This document shows, in pieces, positions 56,902 to 64,000 of a DNA stretch of 64,000 bases; the first letter of the stretch is position 1; each line of letters starts with the position of its first letter. Source of the DNA: an uncultured virus (IMG/VR IMGVR_UViG_3300021373_000885). Lineage: Duplodnaviria; Heunggongvirae; Uroviricota; Caudoviricetes. The translations under genes and the position numbers were made by a program. The notes below the pieces were generated by a model. The model was not told the DNA's origin, made no database searches, and worked only from the letters and a program-made list of their open reading frames with translations. The DNA is taken from IMG/VR virus record IMGVR_UViG_3300021373_000885. One strand, 5' to 3'.

Positions 56902-56991
56902 ATGTATCCGGATATGTTCCTATTGTCTGCTTGTTTAGTTACTAGCTTAGGGCTTGTTTGCATTTACTTTGAAGATGATCTTCCCTTTTAA
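56902..56991 (+). CDS. 29-aa hydrophobic micropeptide with SSB C-terminal-like tail (MYPDMFLLSACLVTSLGLVCIYFEDDLPF)
   Basis: GGAG SD at 56893-56896, TATAAT at 56858-56863, TAA at 56989-56991. Confidence 0.55.
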   Translation: MYPDMFLLSACLVTSLGLVCIYFEDDLPF

Positions 56992-57394
56992 AGGATCTAA
57001 GTAGACTCATACCTTCTAACTCTTCTTCCCTTGTAAAATCCGAGGCGGTTAACCGTAGCTGCGTTTTTCCTTCTAGCTCTGCAACAGGTTTTACAATCAT
57101 ACGTTCTATATCTAATGCCACAAATACATAGAAATCAGCAATGTGAGCAGCACGTAAGTTAAAAGCATACCCGGAAAAAGCGGGTCGTTTGTTATGTTGA
57201 TTGAAATGGCAGATGTTTGATGATTTGACTTGCACTGTGAATAACGATTGGTCTAACGATTGGCACCACAAGTCTATGCCGGATCGGTCTACATGGTGAC
57301 ACTCTATACCGTACTTCTCCAGCTTATATATGGCAAAGAACTCCCCGACACGTCCAACGTGACTCGTTTCTCCCTCTACCAAAAGCCGCCCCAT
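56942..57394 (-). CDS. PD-(D/E)XK endonuclease-like protein
   Basis: GRVGEFFA...GIDLW...VQVKSS...DFYVFVAL. Start at ATG 57394 is more plausible than 57544. Confidence 0.75.
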   Translation of the reverse strand: MGRLLVEGETSHVGRVGEFFAIYKLEKYGIECHHVDRSGIDLWCQSLDQSLFTVQVKSSNICHFNQHNKRPAFSGYAFNLRAAHIADFYVFVALDIERMIVKPVAELEGKTQLRLTASDFTREEELEGMSLLRSFKREDHLQSKCKQALS

Positions 57395-57560
57395 ACGTAA
57401 CCTATTCAGATTTGGATCACTTCTAGAAAGTAACACACAAAAAATTTTTTGCAAGGCCTTTTTTAAACAAGGTGGGGGGTTTTCAGAAAAATACGATTTA
57501 TTTGAGTAAATTAGTATATATACATCTGTGGGACTCCTAAACACAAAACGCGGGGGGTGG

Positions 57561-57580
57561 GGGGTGTAGCGCTACACCCC
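57561..57580. promoter_or_regulatory. perfect 20-bp palindrome GGGGTGTAGCGCTACACCCC, first of about 6 related sites
   Basis: Perfect inverted repeat about 30 bp upstream of an early promoter; variants at 58548, 59097, 59607, 60679 and 62343. Confidence 0.7.
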
Positions 57581-57610
57581 ATAATAGAGGGAACATGTTC
57601 CTATAGGATC

Positions 57611-57639
57611 TTGTACAAATGTGTAGGATTGTGTATAAT
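57611..57639 (+). promoter_or_regulatory. sigma70 early promoter
   Basis: TTGTAC-17 nt-TATAAT. Confidence 0.75.
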
Positions 57640-57715
57640 GGTGACTATCAACAGCGCTGATGCTGTTGTGGCTATAGGGCGAGCCATTACGCCCCATTAA
57701 ATAGGAAATACTAAA

Positions 57716-58399
57716 ATGAGAAATTATACATATGATCTAGCAGGTAGAGTAAACAGCACTATCATTGATTCAATTAATAACCATGCTGATGGAATCAAAG
57801 CAGTAGAGCAAGCCACTACTGACTTACAATCCACCGCAATTGCTAACTATCAGCTATTGCAATCGCAGGGCTTTATACCTACTGATTTACTCAGCCCCGA
57901 TAAACAGTCTAAAGGTACATGTACTGAAGCTGAGTGGGTTTCTTTGATGTGCGCTAGAGCTGAGAAAATGTGGGGCAGTAATAGCGTTAAGTTTAAATCA
58001 GTGTGGCGATATATGAACGACCGCGACGGTATGACAGGCGCTGAGAAAAAGACTGCTAAGGAAAGCCACGTTAAATCAGTAAGGCGCTCACTCAAAGTAA
58101 TATCAAAGGGCTATGCTGACTGGATTGCTGGTGGTAGTAAGTCGGCTGAAGAGGTACAGTCTGCCCCGCGCCAAGTAACACCTACTGAAGAGTTCATAGC
58201 CAAGCGCTTGAAATCAATTAAGAGTCGAGCTGATAAATCGGTTGATGAATTGAAAGCCAAGTATGACGATTTTGATATAGCAGTATTTAATCAATTACTT
58301 GAGCCAGTAGCAATGTATATTGATCGACTGGGCAAAGCCAAGCCCAACAGTAAGCAGGTTAGTTTTGATTCTAAAGGTAACCGTAGAAAGAAAAAGTAA
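57716..58399 (+). CDS. early hypothetical protein (227 aa), monocistronic
   Basis: Own promoter, AGGA SD and terminator. Confidence 0.8.
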   Translation: MRNYTYDLAGRVNSTIIDSINNHADGIKAVEQATTDLQSTAIANYQLLQSQGFIPTDLLSPDKQSKGTCTEAEWVSLMCARAEKMWGSNSVKFKSVWRYMNDRDGMTGAEKKTAKESHVKSVRRSLKVISKGYADWIAGGSKSAEEVQSAPRQVTPTEEFIAKRLKSIKSRADKSVDELKAKYDDFDIAVFNQLLEPVAMYIDRLGKAKPNSKQVSFDSKGNRRKKK

Positions 58400-58412
58400 C
58401 ACTGCTACAACG

Positions 58413-58439
58413 GGAGCGCCTACGGGCGCTCCTTTTTTT
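58413..58439 (+). terminator. rho-independent terminator
   Basis: GGAGCGCC-TACG-GGCGCTCC-TTTTTTT. Confidence 0.92.
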
Positions 58440-58455
58440 GGCTTAAAAATTGGGC

Positions 58456-58540
58456 TATCGAAGCCAGTTCCCAAGCGTGGCGTTGAGTCTATGTACGACT
58501 TCAGCGTATCGAAGCCAGTTCCCAAGCGTGGCGTTGAGTC
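58456..58540 (+). repeat. 34-bp perfect direct repeat, 2 copies, 17-nt spacer
   Basis: TATCGAAGCCAGTTCCCAAGCGTGGCGTTGAGTC at 58456-58489 and 58507-58540. Confidence 0.9.
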
Positions 58541-58547
58541 CAAGCAA

Positions 58548-58970
58548 GGGGTGTAATGTTACCCCCCCAACCCGCACCGTTACTGCAATGTAACCTTTTA
58601 TGGCTCTTTTGTAACCTAATGTTACCTTTTTTTTAGGCTAAAAGTTACAAAATAGTTTTGTGTGCGATTGTTAGCAGAGGTGAAGGGTATTGATACAACG
58701 ATTGTGTGCGTTTATGTACTTTCTTACTATCTATCTATCTAAATCTTTATAATGTTACCTTTTTAAAAAAGTATATATATCCCCCTGTTCGAGGGCTCTC
58801 TGGCAGATTTCTTCCCACCATCACAACACACTTCAAAATATCACCTTTCAATTGTCGCAAAAAAGGTTACATTGTTACATTACGCACCACCAGTGGTCTG
58901 TAGCCAAAAAGCAAAAGTTACAAATGGGTTACAATACAAGGTTTTTGTAACACTCAAAAAGTTACACCTT
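58548..58970. other. AT-rich GTTAC/GTAAC iteron-like region, putative replication origin
   Basis: 13 GTTAC/GTAAC pentamers in about 410 bp of non-coding DNA with A/T tracts. Confidence 0.5.
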
Positions 58971-59016
58971 CACAATACTACACCTAAGTACAAACCCTGA
59001 CGGAAAAATATACAAC

Positions 59017-59045
59017 TTGACATGAACCCCCATAAGTGGTATAAT
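59017..59045 (+). promoter_or_regulatory. consensus sigma70 promoter with extended -10
   Basis: TTGACA-17 nt-TATAAT, with TGG immediately before the -10. Confidence 0.92.
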
Positions 59046-59134
59046 AATACTTGTTCTGGTGATACTTCCAGAGCATTGGTGACGCTGTTCCCATAGGGGG
59101 GGTAGCGGTACACCCCTTACTTACGAGGTGATAT

Positions 59135-59332
59135 ATGAAAAAGCTAGACTTCAACAACAGTCTTTATTACCTGCTAATGGATCATGCAGGTATTGCAAGT
59201 GAGACCGATGGACAGCGACTAGCAGGTTGCAGTGTCGATCAAATGTTCGATGACTTGTTACGCGATCAAGATCAGCCAGAGCCATTGGTGTTTACGGATA
59301 ACTACAGCAAGCGAGGTAATCGTGATGACTAA
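59135..59332 (+). CDS. early hypothetical protein (65 aa)
   Basis: SD GAGGTG; first gene after the consensus promoter. Confidence 0.7.
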   Translation: MKKLDFNNSLYYLLMDHAGIASETDGQRLAGCSVDQMFDDLLRDQDQPEPLVFTDNYSKRGNRDD

Positions 59333-59489
59333 CGTGAAACATGAACGTGCAATGATGTGGGTAGATGAGTTACAAAACTACATCGAATCACTTGATAGTA
59401 TGCCTAAGTTATTGCAGAAGAATCTAGTTACTGAGCTAGACCTAATTGTGGTTGACCTTATCCAATTCAAGGAGAGTGATGATGAGTGA
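59325..59489 (+). CDS. early hypothetical protein (54 aa)
   Basis: SD GAGGT, ATG 59325; MTNVKHERAMM...ESDDE. Confidence 0.7.
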   Translation: MTNVKHERAMMWVDELQNYIESLDSMPKLLQKNLVTELDLIVVDLIQFKESDDE

Positions 59490-59652
59490 TGTATACAAAG
59501 AGTGGCAAGCTGTCATGGACATGTACTGGAAAGAGCGCAAGCGTCTACACAAAGAGTATGTGTTGGGTAAATTAGATGGTGACTTAGCGTTGCCTGAAAT
59601 AAATGAGGGGGGTAACACTACACCCCATAACGAGGAGAGTGATGATGAATAA
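59482..59652 (+). CDS. early hypothetical protein (56 aa)
   Basis: SD AGGAG; MSDVYKEW...ESDDE. Confidence 0.65.
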   Translation: MSDVYKEWQAVMDMYWKERKRLHKEYVLGKLDGDLALPEINEGGNTTPHNEESDDE

Positions 59653-60550
59653 CATAGCTAGTATGATTGATACGTCTGATGTACCGAGCCTATCGGCTTC
59701 GGGTATGTTGGTTGAGTTTAGTGCGAGTACTTGGGGTAACAACCGACAAGACAAGGAAGCGTCGAGACAGCTCGCACAGTTGAATGGTGCAGATATGGGT
59801 AGCGTATCGGCAAGTAAGAAGCTGATTGACCACCCATCACTGGACAAGATTAACAAGGTAACACGTGAGATACGTAGGTGTTTGTACAAGTGGACAGTCA
59901 AGTGGTCTGACTTCAACAGCTACTTACCAGCACCGCATTATATCCCTTGTATGGATGAGTACACAGAGTTAGCTAAGAGACACAGTGAGTATTGTGAGGA
60001 GTTCTTTGAAGCGTACGAGTTCCAGATGGCAGGTGCGCAGGGTAGGCTAGGTGCTATGTTCAAGTGGTCTGACTATCCTAGTATCGAGGAGATACGTAAT
60101 CGGTTCGGTCTACGTCTCAACGTGTTCCCTGTACCTGAGAGTGGTGACTATCGAGTTGACATAGCCAATGAGCAGAAGGAAGCTATCAAGTCCAAGTTCG
60201 CAGAGTTCTATGAGAACAAGTTGCGTGAGATAGCTACCGATGTGTACACGCAAGTAGCTACGTCAGTAGATCATATGGTAGATACGCTGACCCGCTATAC
60301 ACAGAAGAAGCGTGACGGTGAGTTGACCAAGTTGAACAGTAGTCTTATTGACAACATGTTACACCTACTGACAACGATGCGTGGGTTCAATGTCACCAAT
60401 GACCCAGAGATAGAGCGCATACGCATGGACATGGAAGATGCAGTGCGTGGGTTGACTATCGACCAGTTGAAAGTGAGTGAAGTAACACGATTGCAGACTA
60501 TCGACAAGTTCAAAGCAATCAAAGCAACATTACCTACGTTGGACATCTAG
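59645..60550 (+). CDS. DUF3150-like phage protein
   Basis: MLVEFSASTWG, SASKKLI, LGAMFKWSDYPSIEEIRNRF, PVPESGDYR, FNVTNDPEIE; SD GAGGAG. Confidence 0.65.
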   Translation: MNNIASMIDTSDVPSLSASGMLVEFSASTWGNNRQDKEASRQLAQLNGADMGSVSASKKLIDHPSLDKINKVTREIRRCLYKWTVKWSDFNSYLPAPHYIPCMDEYTELAKRHSEYCEEFFEAYEFQMAGAQGRLGAMFKWSDYPSIEEIRNRFGLRLNVFPVPESGDYRVDIANEQKEAIKSKFAEFYENKLREIATDVYTQVATSVDHMVDTLTRYTQKKRDGELTKLNSSLIDNMLHLLTTMRGFNVTNDPEIERIRMDMEDAVRGLTIDQLKVSEVTRLQTIDKFKAIKATLPTLDI

Positions 60551-60551
60551 T

Positions 60552-60725
60552 ATGGATAACTTCGTAGAGTGTGAACGGTGGCGTGGTACGCAGTTGTATC
60601 ATGTCGCTGAACGTAGTGGGAACGTGTCCGTACGTATACTGAGGAACAAGCGTACCAAGCACGTACCCGCAAGTCTGAGGGGTGTAGCGTTACACCCCAT
60701 TAACCAAGTAAACCGAGGAAAGTAA
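60552..60725 (+). CDS. possible small protein (57 aa), absent from the ORF track
   Basis: Fills the gap exactly between flanking genes: MDNFVECERWRG...NQVNRGK. Weak SD. Confidence 0.4.
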   Translation: MDNFVECERWRGTQLYHVAERSGNVSVRILRNKRTKHVPASLRGVALHPINQVNRGK

Positions 60726-60726
60726 A

Positions 60727-61827
60727 ATGAACAATACAATTTATGATTTATCAATGACTGAGTGCTGTGACCTTATCGAGCATGTAGGTGGTAAGCGTAC
60801 CGTTGAGGTGTGTGGTGCGTTGGGTAGTGGTAAGACACAAGGTATACGTGCAGAGATGCAACGTAGATTCCCTGACCACATATACATTGAGTTCGATTGT
60901 ACCAACAAAGATATACAAGATCTGTCTGTGCCTAAGTTTATGAAAGCACTTGAAGACCATATATCTGACTACGTTGAGTTCGTACCTAACAGTGAGTTGG
61001 GTGTGCATCTGGGCAAGCCAATCATACTTAACTTCGATGAGATGGGTAAGGCATCACCTACATTGAAGAAAGGTACTAGGCGTGTGTATCACGAGCGAGC
61101 AGTCAACGGTATCAAGCTACCCGAAGGTAGCATAGTATATATGACTTCCAATCTAGGCAGTGAGGGGTTGGGTGATGGTATGCCCGCACACCAACGTAAT
61201 ACAATCATACGTGTACGTATGCGCAAGCCTAATGCAGAGGAGTGGATTGATTGGGGTATGAACAACGACATTGACCCTGCTGTACTCGGTTGGGTTCGTG
61301 AGTTCCCCCAAGTGTTACAGTCCTATGAAGATGTAGCTGACCCTGCTGACAACGAGTACATACATGACCCGCGTGTACAACGTGATGGTGTGTGTACCGC
61401 ACGTACGCTACACATGGTGAGTGATCTACTACATGTACGTGACAAGTTATCACCTACGGCTCTGACTGGTGCGATGATTGGTACTATCGGTATGCGTGGT
61501 GCGCTCGACTTACAGGCATTCGTTGCAATGGCTGACCAACTACCCACCCTTGACTCTATCAAGAATGATCCTTCCAATGCACGTGTACCTGACAGTGCTA
61601 GTGCTGTGTGTCTGGTTGTATACCGTGCATTGTCTATGCTCGAACGTGGTTGGTTCAGTGCATGGTGTAAGTACCTAGAACGTCTGAGTGCAGAGGCACA
61701 AGCGTTGTTCATTATGAATGCCACCAAAGGTACATACAAACATCAATCGTGGGTTATGACACAACCAGAGTTCGGTAAGTGGTGTATGACACATGGACAT
61801 CTAGTTCGTCGCACTGATGACGTGTAG
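60727..61827 (+). CDS. MoxR-like AAA+ ATPase
   Basis: Walker A GALGSGKT, Walker B ILNFDEM, sensor MTSN; adjacent VWA gene. Confidence 0.85.
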   Translation: MNNTIYDLSMTECCDLIEHVGGKRTVEVCGALGSGKTQGIRAEMQRRFPDHIYIEFDCTNKDIQDLSVPKFMKALEDHISDYVEFVPNSELGVHLGKPIILNFDEMGKASPTLKKGTRRVYHERAVNGIKLPEGSIVYMTSNLGSEGLGDGMPAHQRNTIIRVRMRKPNAEEWIDWGMNNDIDPAVLGWVREFPQVLQSYEDVADPADNEYIHDPRVQRDGVCTARTLHMVSDLLHVRDKLSPTALTGAMIGTIGMRGALDLQAFVAMADQLPTLDSIKNDPSNARVPDSASAVCLVVYRALSMLERGWFSAWCKYLERLSAEAQALFIMNATKGTYKHQSWVMTQPEFGKWCMTHGHLVRRTDDV

Positions 61828-61836
61828 GGGGTAATC

Positions 61837-63081
61837 ATGTTACTAAGTAAAAAGCTGACAGTCGAAGATCGTGTCAAGCGTGCGCGTATCAAAATCGTTG
61901 ACAGCACCGACTTCCCTGAGTTCCGAGCAATGGCGGGTCTTATCATGGTTGGTGATACTACGTTTGTTGATGGCGACCACAAGATCAAGACTGCGTGTAC
62001 CAATGGTCGTGATGAGTGGTACAACCGAGACTTCGTTGACACACTTAGCGATGCGCAACTACGTGGTGTGGTACTACATGAGAATTATCACATACAGTAC
62101 CGACACCTTACTACGTGGGAACATCTGTGGAAGATAGATGCGCAACTGGCTAACATGGCGGCTGACTACGTTATCAACCTACAGATATTCACACCCGAAC
62201 GTGTCAAAGCTAAGTTCGTTGATATGATTGACGGTATGCTGTACGACACCAAGTATGAGGGTCTTGACGTTGCACAAGTGTTTAGGCAACTACGCCAAGA
62301 CAAGCAAGACCAACAAGACTCTGGTGGTGATAGCGGTAATGAGGGGGGTAGCGGTACACCCTTTGACGGTGACTCGTTTGACACACACGACTGGGAAGGT
62401 GCGCAAGAGATGACCGATGCAGAGCGTGGTGAGTTAGAGCGTGAGATTGACCAAGCCATACGTCAAGGCAGTATGATGGCGGGTAAGACAGGTAGTGGTG
62501 GCAATCGAATGTTCGATGAGTTACTGAGTGCGCAAGTCAACTGGCGTGATGCACTACGTGACTTCATTACTGACACATGTTCGGGCAATGACTATTGTTC
62601 ATACGTCAAACCTGACAGACGGTTCTTGCAATACGACATGTATGTACCAAGTGGTGTATCCGATCAAGTCGATGAGTTAGTCATTGCGATTGACACAAGT
62701 GGCTCCATTGGCGGTGACGAAATCACTTGCATGCTATCTGAGGTACGCGGTATATGCGAGACAGTACCACCCAAGCGTGTACGCATACTGTACTGGGATA
62801 CTGAGGTGTGTCGTGATGAGGTGTATGAGTTACATCAGTTACCTGAACTAGTACAGTCAACCAAGCCTGCGGGTGGCGGTGGTACTGACGTTACATGTGT
62901 ACCCAAGTGGCTGACTAACAAGAACATATCACCACAAGCGACAATCATACTCACTGACGGGTATCTGTACGGTGGTTGGGGTGATTGGTCGTGTCCAACA
63001 CTGTGGTGCATACTCGACAACAAGAGTGCTGTGCCTGACTGTGGTAAAGCAATACACATTAAATCGGGAGATATGAGATGA
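61837..63081 (+). CDS. DUF2201-type metallopeptidase plus VWA domain protein
   Basis: TACTNG, VLHENYH (HExxH), NMAADYVIN; MIDAS IDTSGS, GGGGTD, ILTDGY. Confidence 0.9.
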   Translation: MLLSKKLTVEDRVKRARIKIVDSTDFPEFRAMAGLIMVGDTTFVDGDHKIKTACTNGRDEWYNRDFVDTLSDAQLRGVVLHENYHIQYRHLTTWEHLWKIDAQLANMAADYVINLQIFTPERVKAKFVDMIDGMLYDTKYEGLDVAQVFRQLRQDKQDQQDSGGDSGNEGGSGTPFDGDSFDTHDWEGAQEMTDAERGELEREIDQAIRQGSMMAGKTGSGGNRMFDELLSAQVNWRDALRDFITDTCSGNDYCSYVKPDRRFLQYDMYVPSGVSDQVDELVIAIDTSGSIGGDEITCMLSEVRGICETVPPKRVRILYWDTEVCRDEVYELHQLPELVQSTKPAGGGGTDVTCVPKWLTNKNISPQATIILTDGYLYGGWGDWSCPTLWCILDNKSAVPDCGKAIHIKSGDMR

Positions 63082-63263
63082 GTGAATCATTTGGTATGGG
63101 CATGGAAGCCGTACATCGACGCATGGAGTGGGACATTGCAGTCCAAGAAGTACAAAAGGCAGTGGAGTTTCGGTTAGATGCTATGACAACACGTTATGAC
63201 AAATCAACCGAAGAAGATAGAGAACGCCTTGCGCAAGCATGGGCAAGAATACTACAAGGGTAA
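63078..63263 (+). CDS. hypothetical protein (61 aa)
   Basis: ATGA coupling; SD GGGAG. Confidence 0.7.
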   Translation: MSESFGMGMEAVHRRMEWDIAVQEVQKAVEFRLDAMTTRYDKSTEEDRERLAQAWARILQG

Positions 63264-63302
63264 GGTACATCTTACCCCCTATTTACTACGAGGAAATATG
63301 TT

Positions 63303-64000
63303 ATGGCTTTATACTTTTACAATCTAAATACGTTTGACATGGTGGCAGACCACTACAACAACACCAAACCAATACGCACAACAGGTGAGGTGCCGTTGGG
63401 TGATCGTGCGCGTAAGTGGGAACAAGTTGTCAAGGTCAACAAGAACAAGTATGTGTTCGTTGATTGGTATCGCCCAATCCCTGATGGTGAATCTATTAAT
63501 GACAGCTTGTTCTGGGAACGGTACTTGTCCGAGTGTGTCAAGCGACCTGCTGTAGAATGGCGCAAGTTACGTAATGGTAAGGAACGTATGAAGGTGTTCA
63601 ATGAGAGTGGCGATGGTGCGCACAATGGTAGGTACTCGTTCCTGTATCGTGCCACGCCAAGAATGTTTAACTTCACTGTTGAGAATGGTAAGCAGTACGT
63701 CACTATGCCTGATGGTAACAAGCAGTACCTACCTAAGTCTAGGACAATACCCAAACGTGTTTACGATGGTACCAAAGGCTCTCAATGGTTCCAAAAGCAA
63801 AACTACACCCCTCGTTGCGATGGTGCATACTTAGAGTTCGAGCGTGACCCTGACACTAGCGAGTGGACACTAATACATGGCGACCATGCACTACCTGTTA
63901 GGCGTACACGTATCGACACCGAAGCCAAGAAACCATACCGCAAGCACATCAAGGGCTTTGTCGAGTGGGCTTGGATGGTGCGCGACTTTCTTATACCTGA
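63303..64000 (+). CDS. hypothetical early protein, truncated at the window end
   Basis: SD GAGG; frame open from ATG 63303 (MALYFYNLNTFDMVADHYNNTKPIR...) to the end of the window. Confidence 0.75.
   Translation, partial: MALYFYNLNTFDMVADHYNNTKPIRTTGEVPLGDRARKWEQVVKVNKNKYVFVDWYRPIPDGESINDSLFWERYLSECVKRPAVEWRKLRNGKERMKVFNESGDGAHNGRYSFLYRATPRMFNFTVENGKQYVTMPDGNKQYLPKSRTIPKRVYDGTKGSQWFQKQNYTPRCDGAYLEFERDPDTSEWTLIHGDHALPVRRTRIDTEAKKPYRKHIKGFVEWAWMVRDFLIP

Noticed and set aside
58456..58540. CRISPR mini-array
   Set aside because: Only two repeats, a 17-nt spacer, no typical repeat ends and no cas operon.
58706..58903. 65-aa ORF inside the iteron region
   Set aside because: No SD, and it crosses homopolymer tracts and iterons; better explained as non-coding.
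61827..61846. Additional copy of the 20-bp palindrome
   Set aside because: GGGGGTAATCATGTTAC has the wrong spacing and lacks the C-rich arm; it is explained as SD plus start codon.

Overview
This window is most of a dsDNA tailed-phage (Caudoviricetes) genome. It is podovirus-like and resembles uncultured marine phages. It has three blocks. (1) 1-10.7 kb, + strand, replication: DUF3310 protein, family-A DNA polymerase with Leu at the 762-equivalent site, Cas4/RecB-like exonuclease, HNH protein, SNF2 helicase, HTH protein, SSB and a primase-DUF927 helicase fusion. (2) 10.8-57.4 kb, - strand, virion and lysis: TerS, TerL, portal, GroES, scaffold, Mu-gpT-like major capsid, four very basic small proteins, connectors, tail fibres, holin, M15 endolysin, and about 25 kb encoding four internal/ejection-type proteins of 4730, 2223, 686 and 614 aa. 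(3) 57.6-64 kb, + strand, early region: strong sigma70 promoters, a GTTAC-rich putative origin, a dispersed 20-bp palindrome and a DUF3150-like/MoxR AAA+/metallopeptidase-VWA module. I saw no tRNA, integrase, RNA polymerase or CRISPR array. The most notable signals are: a short x-[AK]-x-G-G-x-[VI] peptide motif shared by seven otherwise unrelated putative head-internal proteins; an unannotated 29-aa hydrophobic peptide ending in an SSB-tail mimic (FEDDLPF), alongside clamp-binding motifs in other proteins; the repeat-expanded 4730-aa protein; and apparent avoidance of CCWGG. Family assignments come from motif recognition by eye, not database searches.
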